From Pseudomonadota bacterium (GTDB taxonomy: Bacteria; Myxococcota_A; UBA796; SXON01): a DNA stretch of 64,000 bases. Made by a program: the position numbers and the translations under genes. Position 1 is the first letter of the stretch. Each line of letters opens with the position of its first letter. Location: the NCBI GenBank assembly GCA_030684355.1, contig JAUXTN010000147.1, forward strand, positions 8,687-72,686, read 5' to 3'. The notes beneath the pieces are model-generated. The model worked only from the letters and a program-made list of their open reading frames with translations. It did not search any database and had not been told where the DNA came from. Of this stretch, positions 53,902-62,700 are shown in pieces.

Positions 53902-54918
53902 ATGTTGCTCCTCGCCAGCCTCGTGCTCGCCCCCCATGCCCTCGCCCAGGAGGCCCCCCCGGTCGTCAACGGGGACCTCACGTCCGACTACGAGGAGGTG
54001 CTGCTCATCTACGCCCTCACGAGTGACGGCTACGGCGGCGTGTGCACCGGCTCGCTCGTGGCCGACGAGTGGGTGCTCACCGCGGCGCACTGCGTCCAGG
54101 GGGTGGACGAGATGTACGTCTACGTGGGCCCCGACTCCAACAACCTGGAGCAGGAGGCCGTGGTGGACGAGTGGTACGCCCACCCCCGCTACGACGGCAG
54201 CGGGTACTACGACGTCGCGATGCTCCACCTCCGCTCTACGTTCCGCGGCGTGGATCTCATGGCGGTGAACAAGGACAGCATCACCGCCCGCGACGTGGGC
54301 GACGACTACCGTGTCGTCGGCTTCGGCATCACGTCCGACAACGACACCAGCCCCGTGTCGAAGAAGCGGTACGCCGACCTCCCGCTCTACGAGTACGACA
54401 CGCTCCTGGCCATGTTCTACGGGGACGCCGAGCGCCAGAACGCCTGCCACGGCGACTCCGGCGGGCCCATGCTCGAGATCCAGTCCGACGGCGTCGGCTA
54501 CGAGGTCGCCGCGGTCGTCGACTTCGCGTACGGCAGCACCGGGGACTGCGAGAACAACGGCGTCGCGACCGCCCGGGTGGATGCCTACGTGGACTGGATC
54601 GAGGACTACACCCCGGTCTACAGCTACTCGGAGCTCTACGGCAGCGGGGACGCCGACACGGACACCGACACGGACACCGACACCGATTCGGACACCGACA
54701 CCGACACCGACACCGATACCGACACGGACGCCGACACCGACACCGACGGCACGCCCATGGCCGACCTCGGAGAGGACCCCGTGCGGCCCGACACCGTCGG
54801 CGAGGACTACGACACCCAGGGCATCCTCTCGTGCAGCACCGGCGGCACCGGGCCCCAGGGCCTCGCCCTCGCGTTCGGCGCCCTCGCGCTCGCCGCGCGC
54901 CGCCGTCGGTCGCGCTAG
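53902..54918 (+). CDS. Secreted trypsin-like S1 serine protease with (Asp-Thr)n linker and MYXO-CTERM-like sorting tail
   Basis: Signal peptide, then VVNGD at the mature N-terminus. The catalytic triad motifs are LTAAHC, YYDVAML and CHGDSGGP. The linker is DADTDTDTDTDTDSDTDTDTDTDTDTDADTDTD. The tail is GILSCSTGG...ALAFGALALAARRRRSR. Confidence 0.9.
   Translation: MLLLASLVLAPHALAQEAPPVVNGDLTSDYEEVLLIYALTSDGYGGVCTGSLVADEWVLTAAHCVQGVDEMYVYVGPDSNNLEQEAVVDEWYAHPRYDGSGYYDVAMLHLRSTFRGVDLMAVNKDSITARDVGDDYRVVGFGITSDNDTSPVSKKRYADLPLYEYDTLLAMFYGDAERQNACHGDSGGPMLEIQSDGVGYEVAAVVDFAYGSTGDCENNGVATARVDAYVDWIEDYTPVYSYSELYGSGDADTDTDTDTDTDSDTDTDTDTDTDTDADTDTDGTPMADLGEDPVRPDTVGEDYDTQGILSCSTGGTGPQGLALAFGALALAARRRRSR
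54649..54747 (+). repeat. Hexanucleotide tandem repeat (GACACS)n encoding the (Asp-Thr)n linker of the S1 protease
   Basis: Direct reading gives gacgccgacacggacaccgacacggacaccgacaccgattcggacaccgacaccgacaccgacaccgataccgacacggacgccgacaccgacaccgac. That is about 16 imperfect 6-nt units. Confidence 0.9.
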
Positions 54919-54936
54919 CCGCCCCCGGTCGAGACC

Positions 54937-56022
54937 TTAGGCCTCGATCCCCAGCGCCACGCCCCGCGCCCGCGCCGCCGCGGCGTGCTCGGGGCCGAGC
55001 GTGTACCAGTTGATGCCGCCGCACCCCGCGCACGCGCCCTCGAAGCGGCCCGCGAGGTGCGCGAGCCGCGTGCGGGTGGCCTTCTCGCCGTCCCACAGCG
55101 TGCGGAACGAGGTGTCCGCGAGCGAGCCCAGGTCGAGCTCGCCGCGCAGGTCGGCGCAGCACATGAGCAGGTGCCCGTCCTGGCGCACGACCGGCGTGAA
55201 CCACAAGCCGGGGCACGCGGTGCGGGCGGCGTGGGCATCGTCGCGTTGCCAGGGCCGTTCGGACCACACGCGCACCGAGAGGGCGTCCCCCTCGACGGGC
55301 ACGATCCCGAAGCGCGTCATGGTGCGTTCGTAGAGCCGGTCGGCCTCCGCCTGCCCCGCCGCGCCGCCGCCGACGGAGAGGCGCTTGAAGAGGATCTCGG
55401 CGTGCCCGTGCCCCGCGCCGTGGCAGGTCAGGGCGTCGGTCCAGTAGCGCAGGAATTCGCCGGCCTCGTGCGCGTTGCCGGGCTGCACCACGAACTGCAC
55501 CTGGACGTGCAGGTTGTGGGGGGGCGGCATGCGCGCCCGGGCCGACAGGAGCGCGCGGACGTGGCGACGGGCGCGCGCGAGGCCGTCGCGACCCTTGACC
55601 CGCGTGTAGGTGTCGGCGGTCGCGGCGTCGAGCGTGAACACCACGAGCAGCGGGACCTCGGGATCGCGCCGCGCCACGAGGCGCGCGACGCGCTCGGGGC
55701 CGAACGTCAGCGCATTCGTGTCGAAGCGGAGGTAGCCGACGCGGCCGCGTAGCGTGCGGCCGGCGGTCGCGACGAACTCCTCCAGCGCCGGGTGGAGCGA
55801 CGGATCGCCGAGCCACTGGAGGATCACGTGGTCGAACCGGCAGTCCTCCGCCACCAGGCCATCGAGGACGTGCTGGAAGAGCGACGGATCCAGGAAGCCT
55901 TTCGGCACGCCGTGCACGGTCTCCCAGCGCTCGGCGTGGGGCGCGCACATGGCGCAGGCGAGGTTGCAGTGATCGGTCGGCTCGATCTGCAGCACGCCCA
56001 GGTGTGACGGCGAGGTGGCCAT
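54937..56022 (-). CDS. Radical SAM/SPASM domain protein
   Basis: LQIEPTDHCNLACAMCAPH is the CxxxCxxC motif. The C-terminal Cys cluster is TACPGLWFTPVVRQDGHLLMCCAD...GACAGCGG. Confidence 0.85.
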   Translation of the reverse strand: MATSPSHLGVLQIEPTDHCNLACAMCAPHAERWETVHGVPKGFLDPSLFQHVLDGLVAEDCRFDHVILQWLGDPSLHPALEEFVATAGRTLRGRVGYLRFDTNALTFGPERVARLVARRDPEVPLLVVFTLDAATADTYTRVKGRDGLARARRHVRALLSARARMPPPHNLHVQVQFVVQPGNAHEAGEFLRYWTDALTCHGAGHGHAEILFKRLSVGGGAAGQAEADRLYERTMTRFGIVPVEGDALSVRVWSERPWQRDDAHAARTACPGLWFTPVVRQDGHLLMCCADLRGELDLGSLADTSFRTLWDGEKATRTRLAHLAGRFEGACAGCGGINWYTLGPEHAAAARARGVALGIEA

Positions 56023-56065
56023 GGGCCCATCCTACCTGCTACGCTGCGCCCCCGGAGAGAGACGG

Positions 56066-56338
56066 ATGGTCCGCTTGCTACCCCTCGCCTCGATGCTGCT
56101 CCTGGCCGCGTGCAACAACCCGTGCCAGGCGCTGTGCGTCGAGATGGCGGAGTACGCGCGCGAATGCGGGTACGACGCCACCGCCGAGGACGTGCAGAGC
56201 TGCAACGACGAGTACGCCGGACCCAACCTCGCCGAGGGGGACGCCGAGGCCTGCATCGAGGCCTCCGATCCCCAGCAGTTGCGCGAATGGTGGACCTGCG
56301 AGCAGCTCCTCGACAACTACCAGTCCGGGGCGAACTGA
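56066..56338 (+). CDS. Small Cys-rich lipoprotein
   Basis: Start re-set to ATG 56066 (MVRLLPLASMLLLAAC), preceded by GGAGAGAG. The ~74-aa mature part carries 6 further Cys after the lipobox Cys. Confidence 0.7.
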   Translation: MVRLLPLASMLLLAACNNPCQALCVEMAEYARECGYDATAEDVQSCNDEYAGPNLAEGDAEACIEASDPQQLREWWTCEQLLDNYQSGAN

Positions 56339-56446
56339 ACCGGACGGCCTCGCGTCCCCGGCCCCGGCAACGCTACGGGGCGTCGCGAGCCCCGGCTGTG
56401 CTCCGCGTTGACCCTTACACCCGCCTCGCCGTATGATGCAGGCCGC

Positions 56447-58453
56447 ATGAATCCGAGTGCCCCCGCTTCCGACCGCACCGCCACCGGGGTCCCGACGGCC
56501 GTATTTTCGCCCGAGGTGTTCGGGAAGTACTTCCTCGTCGACAAGATCGCCATGGGGGGCATGGCCGAGATCTTCAAGGCGAAGACCTTCGGGCACGGCG
56601 GCTTCGAGAACCTGCTCGTCATCAAGCGGATCCTCTCGCACCTGTCCGACAACGAGCAGTTCGTCCGCATGTTCATGGACGAGGCGAAGGTCTCCGCGCT
56701 CCTCCAGAACGCGAACATCGTCCGCATCTACGACTTCGGGCGCCTGCGCGACAACTACTTCATCGCGATGGAGCACGTCGAGGGGAAGGACGTAAAGCTC
56801 ATCCTCCGGAAGCTCGCCGAGCGTCGCAAGCTCTTGCCGCGCGAGTTCGCCGTCTACATCGCGATGGAGGCCGCGAAGGGCCTCGACTACGCGCACAAGC
56901 GCACCACGCTCCAGGGCCAGCCCCTCTCGATCGTGCATCGCGACGTTTCGCCGTCGAACCTGCTCGTGTCCTACAACGGCGAGGTCAAGGTCGCCGACTT
57001 CGGCATCGTCAAGGCCGCCAATTGCGCCGAAGACACCGACGCCGGCATGCTCAAGGGCAAGTTCGAGTACATGAGCCCCGAGCAGGCGAGCGGGAAGGAT
57101 CTCGACCGGCGCTCCGACATCTTCTCGCTCGGCATCATCCTCCACGAGATGTTGACGGGCCGCCGCCTCTTCAAGAGCGACGACGAGATCAAGACCCTCG
57201 AGCGCATCAAGTCGGGCGACGTCGACCCGCCGAGCACCCTGAACCCCTCGGTCCCCGCGCGCCTCGACGAGATCGTCATGCGCGCCCTCGCGAAGGACCC
57301 CGGCGATCGCTTCCAGGACGCCCGGGAGCTCCACGCCGAGCTCCTGGAGTTCCTCTACCCCGCCTCGCCGGACCTCACGCAGCAGAGCCTCGCCCACTTC
57401 ATGGCGGAGCTCTTCGCGGACGAGGTCAGCCAGGAGCGCGCGCGCTTGGAGGAGGGCACCCGGCTCGCCCTCGCGTTGCACGAGGCCAACCAGTCCGTCG
57501 AGCTCGAGCCCGAGTGGGAGGAAGAGTCCCCCAGCACGCGCACCCGCGGCGGCGGCCCCCTGGAGCCCGCCCCGGCCCCGCCGCAGTCGAAGTTCCCGTA
57601 CGTCGTCGCGGTGCTCGCGCTCCTCCTCTCCGCCGGGACCGCCGGGTTCTTCCTCACCCGTCCGGGTGCCGAGCCCGCGCCGACCACGGGCATCGCGGCC
57701 GTCTCGCCGCAGACCGGCTCCGTCCAGCTCAAGGTGGGCCCCGTCGCCGGCACGATCACGGTCGACGGCCTGCTGGTCGACGAGGGCACGAACGTCACCG
57801 TGGGGGACCTCGCGCCCGGCACCGACCACATCGTGCAGGTCGCGGCCGAGGGCTACGGCACCTACACCGAGACCGTGACCGTCGCCGCGGGTGACCGCGT
57901 GATGTTGAAGGTCACCCTCGTGCCGACCCCCGCCACGCCGGGCGCACAGGTGCGCCGGGAGCCACGGGACAACTCGCCGCGCGGAAGCTCGTCCGCCCCC
58001 CCTCCCGGCGAGGTCAACGTGGCGATCGCCTCGTTCGCCTCGACCCCCTCCGGCGCGGACGTGTTCGTGGACGGCAAGCTCGTCGGCAAGACCCCCGTGG
58101 AGTGGGACGACGGCACCGCCGGCAACCGCTACGGCGTCGAATACCGGCTCTCCGGCTACGAGACGCTCCGGTTCACCGCGAACCTGCCCCGCGCGGGCGG
58201 CCGCGAGCCCTTCGAGCGCAACCTCTCCGAGCGCGCCAAGGCAGAGGGCAAGCTCTCCGTCAACGTGAGCGGCGGCTGGGCGGAGATCTACGTCGAAGGC
58301 AAGAAGATCGGCGACACCCCCATCTTCGGCTACGCGCTCCCCGCCGGCAGCTACGCCGTTCGCGCGCGGAACGACGGCATCGGCCTCGACCAGACGAAGC
58401 AGGTCACGGTGAAGGCCGGCGAGACCGCCACGCTGCCCTTCTCGGCGAACTAG
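56447..58453 (+). CDS. Ser/Thr protein kinase, one TM helix, extracytoplasmic PEGA domains
   Basis: MGGMAEIFKAK, IVHRDVSPSNLLV, VKVADFGIVK, YMSPEQ and RSDIFSLGIILHEM give a complete catalytic motif set. The TM helix is YVVAVLALLLSAGTAGFFL. Three PEGA-like repeats are present (e.g. IASFASTPSGADVFVDGKLVGKTP). ATG 56447 is preferred over TTG 56408. Confidence 0.92.
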   Translation: MNPSAPASDRTATGVPTAVFSPEVFGKYFLVDKIAMGGMAEIFKAKTFGHGGFENLLVIKRILSHLSDNEQFVRMFMDEAKVSALLQNANIVRIYDFGRLRDNYFIAMEHVEGKDVKLILRKLAERRKLLPREFAVYIAMEAAKGLDYAHKRTTLQGQPLSIVHRDVSPSNLLVSYNGEVKVADFGIVKAANCAEDTDAGMLKGKFEYMSPEQASGKDLDRRSDIFSLGIILHEMLTGRRLFKSDDEIKTLERIKSGDVDPPSTLNPSVPARLDEIVMRALAKDPGDRFQDARELHAELLEFLYPASPDLTQQSLAHFMAELFADEVSQERARLEEGTRLALALHEANQSVELEPEWEEESPSTRTRGGGPLEPAPAPPQSKFPYVVAVLALLLSAGTAGFFLTRPGAEPAPTTGIAAVSPQTGSVQLKVGPVAGTITVDGLLVDEGTNVTVGDLAPGTDHIVQVAAEGYGTYTETVTVAAGDRVMLKVTLVPTPATPGAQVRREPRDNSPRGSSSAPPPGEVNVAIASFASTPSGADVFVDGKLVGKTPVEWDDGTAGNRYGVEYRLSGYETLRFTANLPRAGGREPFERNLSERAKAEGKLSVNVSGGWAEIYVEGKKIGDTPIFGYALPAGSYAVRARNDGIGLDQTKQVTVKAGETATLPFSAN

Positions 58454-58498
58454 GCCCCGTTCGGCGAACCAGGCCCCGTTCGGCGAACCAGGCACGGT
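58442..58498. repeat. 3 x 19-nt tandem direct repeat spanning the kinase stop codon
   Basis: The three units are tcggcgaacTaggccccgt, tcggcgaacCaggccccgt and tcggcgaacCaggcAcGgt. The TAG stop (58451-58453) is the only difference between units 1 and 2. Confidence 0.85.
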
Positions 58499-58561
58499 TC
58501 GGGCGGCCCGGCGGCCCCGAGCGGCCGCCGTCGGTGGCCTGCGGGCTTCGCGCTGCGCGCT

Positions 58562-58608
58562 CGGCTGGCGCCTCCCTCGGCCTGCCGGCCTCCGGAGGCG
58601 CCGAGCCG
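58562..58608. terminator. Long GC-rich stem-loop between the convergent kinase gene and the 58696..59964 gene
   Basis: cggct-ggcgcctcc-ctc-ggcc-tgcc-ggcc-tcc-ggaggcgcc-g-agccg. Nine outer base pairs plus a 4-bp inner stem plus a 5-bp extension. Confidence 0.45.
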
Positions 58609-58695
58609 GCCGGCTGCGCCGTCCGCCCTCCGGTCCCCTGCCGCGCGTGCATGCGTACGATCGGGCCGGCCGCATCGCCGGCGCGGCGCCAGGTG

Positions 58696-59964
58696 CTACG
58701 GGATCGGCCCGAACGTGATCGTCCCGTTGTCGCCGCCTTCGTCGTCCCCGGCCGTCGCGAGCACGACCGCCGCCGTGGTGCCGCCGCCGACCGCGAGCGC
58801 CCCGAGGCCCGCCCACAGGTACCAGGGCGCACCCTTGCGCGCGGTGCCCGCCGTGGCGGTGGGGGGGGCCGCCTTCGCGGGGTCGAGCAGGAGCGAGGCG
58901 AGCACCGCGTTGCTCCCGATGTCGAGGGGCACGACCTGCGGGCTCACGCGGTCGCTCTTGATGTCGCCGCTCTCGGTCAGGAAGCCGACCGCAGCCGGCA
59001 CGAGGTCGAGGATCGCGGAGACGGGGTCGTTCCCGCCGTCCGCGGTCAGGGCGCGCGAGAAGTTGCCCGACGCGGGCGCGTAGACCTGGAGGGCCACCTG
59101 CCCGTCGGTCGTGACGCCGACGACCATCACGGGGTCCCGGTCGGTGTACTGCCCGATGCTCTTGTAGAGGTCGCGCGTCTGGCGCGTGCGGCCGGCGGCG
59201 TCGGTCGCGGCCCGGCCCACCGCGCGCGGGGAGAGGTCCGGCGCGATGGACTTGCGCTCGCCGGGGGCGAGCGTGAGTGTCTGGAAGGCCGAGGATCCGT
59301 CGGTGCCGCGGAGGGTGAGGTGGTGCTCGCCGGGCACCATCGAGACCTCGCCCGGGGGGGTCTGGCGGCCGTCGATCCACAGTTGCGCGTTCGCCGGGGC
59401 GGTGATGGTGAGCAGGCAGGGCGGCTCCGCGACGGCCTGGCTCCGCACCTCGGCGTAGAGCGCCACGATCTGCGGGGGGTAGTTCACGGCGTCGAGCTGG
59501 CGCGACGGGTTGAGCGTGACGGAGCGGCGGAAGGCCTGGCGCGCGGCGGCCTCGTTGCCGAGCCCGGCGTTCGCGAGCCCCAGCAGCGTGAGGGCGTCGT
59601 GCAGATCGCGGACGTCGGTGCTCGACGCGAGCCCGGCGACGAGCTGGCGGGTCGCCTGCTCCAGCACGGGGATGGCCTGGTCGGGCTGGGCGCGGTCGTA
59701 GAGGATCTTCCCCTCGCGGAGCGCGTCGCGGCCGGGGCCGAGCGCGAAGGCATCCACGATGAGGGCCTCGCGGCCCGCGAGCCGGACGCGCACCTCGGAG
59801 GGGGCCAGGGCGTCGACCTTGCCGGTGGCGTCGAGCGCCTCGGCGAGGCGGTCGGCGGCGGTGTCGGCGGCGTTCCCGGTGAGCCCGGGCACGTGCACCC
59901 CCACCACGACGAGCTCGGGCACGGCGGCCCAGGCGACGCTTGCGAGCAACCATGCAGCGAACAT
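58696..59964 (-). CDS. Secreted/anchored protein: TPR-like region, PEGA-like domain, C-terminal TM helix
   Basis: The signal peptide is MFAAWLLASVAWAAV. LLGLANAGLGNEAAARQAFRRSVTLNP is TPR-like. LTITAPANAQLWIDGRQ is PEGA-like. The C-terminal helix is WYLWAGLGALAVGGG. Confidence 0.7.
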   Translation of the reverse strand: MFAAWLLASVAWAAVPELVVVGVHVPGLTGNAADTAADRLAEALDATGKVDALAPSEVRVRLAGREALIVDAFALGPGRDALREGKILYDRAQPDQAIPVLEQATRQLVAGLASSTDVRDLHDALTLLGLANAGLGNEAAARQAFRRSVTLNPSRQLDAVNYPPQIVALYAEVRSQAVAEPPCLLTITAPANAQLWIDGRQTPPGEVSMVPGEHHLTLRGTDGSSAFQTLTLAPGERKSIAPDLSPRAVGRAATDAAGRTRQTRDLYKSIGQYTDRDPVMVVGVTTDGQVALQVYAPASGNFSRALTADGGNDPVSAILDLVPAAVGFLTESGDIKSDRVSPQVVPLDIGSNAVLASLLLDPAKAAPPTATAGTARKGAPWYLWAGLGALAVGGGTTAAVVLATAGDDEGGDNGTITFGPIP

Positions 59965-60038
59965 GACCGCATGGTAGCACCTCGCTTGCAGGTGCCCTCG
60001 GGCCCGCCGCCGGATAAACCGCGCGCTCAGGTGTTCGC

Positions 60039-60665
60039 ATGAAGGTTCTCGGCATCGACCCGGGCAGCCGCTCGACCGGGTGGGGTGTCGTCACCCGCGA
60101 GCATGGCCGCTACCGACTCCTCGCGGCCGGCGCGATCCGGACCAGCTCGGACACCCCGATGCCGGAGCGGCTGCTCGCCATCCACCAGGGCCTCGTCGCG
60201 GTGCTCGTGACGCACGCGCCCGACGTGATCGCCATCGAGGCCATCTTCTCCCACAAGAGCGCCACCAGCGCGCTCGTGCTGGGCCAGGCGCGCGGCGTGG
60301 CGCTGGTCGCCGCGGCGGCCTCCGGGCGGCCGGTGTTCGAGTACAATGCGATGACCATCAAGAGCTCGGTGGCGGGCAGCGGGCGCGCGGACAAGGAGGC
60401 GGTGGGACGCATGGTCGCCGTGTTGCTGGGCGGGGCCGTCGAGGGCCCCCACGACGCCGTGGACGCCGTCGCCGTCGCCATGACCCACCACGCGCACGCC
60501 CATCGCCACGCCGCCGCCGAGCGGCTCGCCGTCGTGACCGCGAAGATCGACCTCGCGCGGGCGGCTGCCCGTCGCCCCGCCCGCAGCGCTGCCCCCGCCG
60601 CCACCCGCAGCGCTCCCGCGCGGATCGCCCCCTCCCCTCCCCCCTCCGACGAGGCCGACGAATGA
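60039..60665 (+). CDS. ruvC: Crossover junction endodeoxyribonuclease RuvC (with ~50-aa basic/Pro-rich C-terminal tail)
   Basis: [18 protein letters not shown]..., IAIEAIF and [10 protein letters not shown] motifs. Confidence 0.92.
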   Translation: MKVLGIDPGSRSTGWGVVTREHGRYRLLAAGAIRTSSDTPMPERLLAIHQGLVAVLVTHAPDVIAIEAIFSHKSATSALVLGQARGVALVAAAASGRPVFEYNAMTIKSSVAGSGRADKEAVGRMVAVLLGGAVEGPHDAVDAVAVAMTHHAHAHRHAAAERLAVVTAKIDLARAAARRPARSAAPAATRSAPARIAPSPPPSDEADE

Positions 60666-61261
60666 TCGCCCGCTTGCGGGGGGAGGTCGCCGAGATCGCC
60701 CCCGACCACCTCGTGCTCGACGTGAACGGCGTCGGCTACGAGGTCTTCGTGACGACGCGCACCTCCGAGTCCGCGCGCCTCGAGGCCTCCCTGACCCTCC
60801 ACGTGCACACCGCGCTGCGCGAGGACTCCCTCACGCTCTACGGGTTCGCGTCGGCGTCGGAGAAGGGCGCCTTCCTCCAGCTCAACACGGTCCAGGGCGT
60901 CGGGGCGCGCACGGCGCTCAACGCGCTCTCCACCCTGGCGGTCGACGCCCTGGCCCACGCCGTGAACGCCAACGATCTGAAGGCCTTGTGCGCCATCCCC
61001 GGCGTCGGCAAGAAGACCGCCGAGCGCATGGTCCTGGAGCTCAAGGGCAAGCTCGCCTTCGCGCCCGCGGCCATCCCCACCTCCGCGCCGCGCGCCGCCC
61101 CGGACGATCCGCTCCCCCTCGCGCTCGCGCAGCTCGGCTACAAGAAGTCCGAGATCGATCAGGCGCTCGCGCGCCTCTCCGAGCGCGGCCTCACCGCGGC
61201 GCCGCTGAACGATCGCCTCGCCGAGTCCCTCCGCATGTTCGCGGCCGGAGGGCGCGCGTGA
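60662..61261 (+). CDS. ruvA: Holliday junction branch migration complex subunit RuvA
   Basis: MIARLRGEV...[11 protein letters not shown]..., [18 protein letters not shown] and [17 protein letters not shown] motifs. ATGA overlap with the ruvC stop. Confidence 0.93.
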   Translation: MIARLRGEVAEIAPDHLVLDVNGVGYEVFVTTRTSESARLEASLTLHVHTALREDSLTLYGFASASEKGAFLQLNTVQGVGARTALNALSTLAVDALAHAVNANDLKALCAIPGVGKKTAERMVLELKGKLAFAPAAIPTSAPRAAPDDPLPLALAQLGYKKSEIDQALARLSERGLTAAPLNDRLAESLRMFAAGGRA

Positions 61262-62280
61262 GCCGCTTCGTGGACCCCCACCGGGCCGGGGAGGGCGAGG
61301 CCGAGCCCCTCGATCCGGCGCTGCGCCCGGTCCGCCTCGACGACTACGTCGGGCAGGACCGCATCAAGGACAACCTCCGCGTCTACATCCGCGCGGCGCT
61401 CCAGCGCGGCGAGTCGCTCGACCACGTGCTGCTCTCGGGGCCCCCGGGCCTCGGCAAGACCTCCCTCGCCCACATCCTCGCGGAGGAGCTCGGCGTCGAG
61501 CTCCGCATGGCGTCGGGGCCCACGCTCGAGCGCGGTGGGGACCTCGCCGCGATCCTCAACGGCCTCGGCCCTCGCGAGGTGCTGTTCATCGACGAGATCC
61601 ACCGCATGAACCGCGCGGTGGAGGAGATCCTCTACCCGGCGATGGAGGACTTCCAGATCGACCTCATCCTGGGCCAGGGCCCGGGCGCGCAGTCGGTCCG
61701 CCTCCCGCTCCAGCGTTTCACGCTCGTCGGCGCCACGACCCGCTCCGGCCTGCTCACCGCGCCGCTCCGGGCCCGCTTCGGCATCCACTGCTCGCTCGAC
61801 TTCTACTCGCCCGCCGAGCTCAAGAAGATCCTGCTCCGGAGCGCCGAGCGCCTGTCGCTCGACATCGAGGACGCCGCCGCCGACGAGCTCGCCGGCCGGT
61901 GCCGCGGCACGCCGCGCATCGCGAACCGCCTCCTCCGCCGCATCCGGGACTTCGCGCAGGTCGAGACCAGCGGCCGCATCGACGTGACGCTCACGCGGCA
62001 CGCGCTGGAGCGCCTCGAGGTCGACGCCCGCGGGCTCGACGCGATGGACCGCCGCATCCTCGAGGTCATCGCGCTGAAGTTCGACGGCGGGCCCGTGGGG
62101 CTCTCGAACCTCTCCGCGGCGATCGGCGAGGAGACCGACACCATCGAGGAGGTCTACGAGCCGTTCCTCATCCGCGAGGGCCTCCTCCAGCGCACCCCGC
62201 AGGGCCGGATGCTCACGTCGGGCGGCTGGAAGGTCGTCGGGATCGAACCGCCGCCGCCGAAGGGGAGCATGTTCCGATGA
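61258..62280 (+). CDS. ruvB: Holliday junction branch migration DNA helicase RuvB
   Basis: GTG 61258 (GTGA overlap). [34 protein letters not shown] and [13 protein letters not shown] motifs. Confidence 0.96.
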   Translation: MSRFVDPHRAGEGEAEPLDPALRPVRLDDYVGQDRIKDNLRVYIRAALQRGESLDHVLLSGPPGLGKTSLAHILAEELGVELRMASGPTLERGGDLAAILNGLGPREVLFIDEIHRMNRAVEEILYPAMEDFQIDLILGQGPGAQSVRLPLQRFTLVGATTRSGLLTAPLRARFGIHCSLDFYSPAELKKILLRSAERLSLDIEDAAADELAGRCRGTPRIANRLLRRIRDFAQVETSGRIDVTLTRHALERLEVDARGLDAMDRRILEVIALKFDGGPVGLSNLSAAIGEETDTIEEVYEPFLIREGLLQRTPQGRMLTSGGWKVVGIEPPPPKGSMFR

Positions 62281-62696
62281 CCGCCAGCGTGCTGCTGCTG
62301 ACGCTCGCCTGCGCGGGCGCGAAGGCCAACGAGGTGACGCTCACGGTGAAGGGCCACGCCATCACCGTCGAGGTGGCGGACGAGCCCGCGGAGCGGAGCA
62401 TCGGCCTGATGTACCGGGACGACCTCCCCTCCGACCACGGCATGGTGTTCGTGTACCCCGACACCAAGGAGCGCAGCTTCTGGATGAAGGACACGCGCGT
62501 GCCCCTGACGATCGCGTATGTCGACAGCGCCGGAATCATCGTGCATCTTGCAGACATGACGCCGCTCGACACCTCCTCGGTGCCCTCGGTCAAGCCCGCC
62601 ATGTACGCGCTGGAGATGCGCCAGGGCTGGTTCGCCGCGCACGACGTGGCCGTGGGGGACACCCTCACCGGCCTGCCGAAGCCGTCGGCCCGGTAG
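62277..62696 (+). CDS. DUF192-family lipoprotein
   Basis: ATG 62277 (ATGA overlap with the ruvB stop). [12 protein letters not shown] lipobox. [22 protein letters not shown]...[16 protein letters not shown] and [10 protein letters not shown] match the DUF192 pattern. Confidence 0.8.
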   Translation: MTASVLLLTLACAGAKANEVTLTVKGHAITVEVADEPAERSIGLMYRDDLPSDHGMVFVYPDTKERSFWMKDTRVPLTIAYVDSAGIIVHLADMTPLDTSSVPSVKPAMYALEMRQGWFAAHDVAVGDTLTGLPKPSAR

Positions 62697-62700
62697 GCGG

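Noticed and set aside
54649-54747. Possible CRISPR or other repeat array.
   Set aside because: The only arrays in the window are the 6-nt coding microsatellite and the 3 x 19-nt repeat at 58442-58498. Both lack spacers and are far too short. No cas genes are present.
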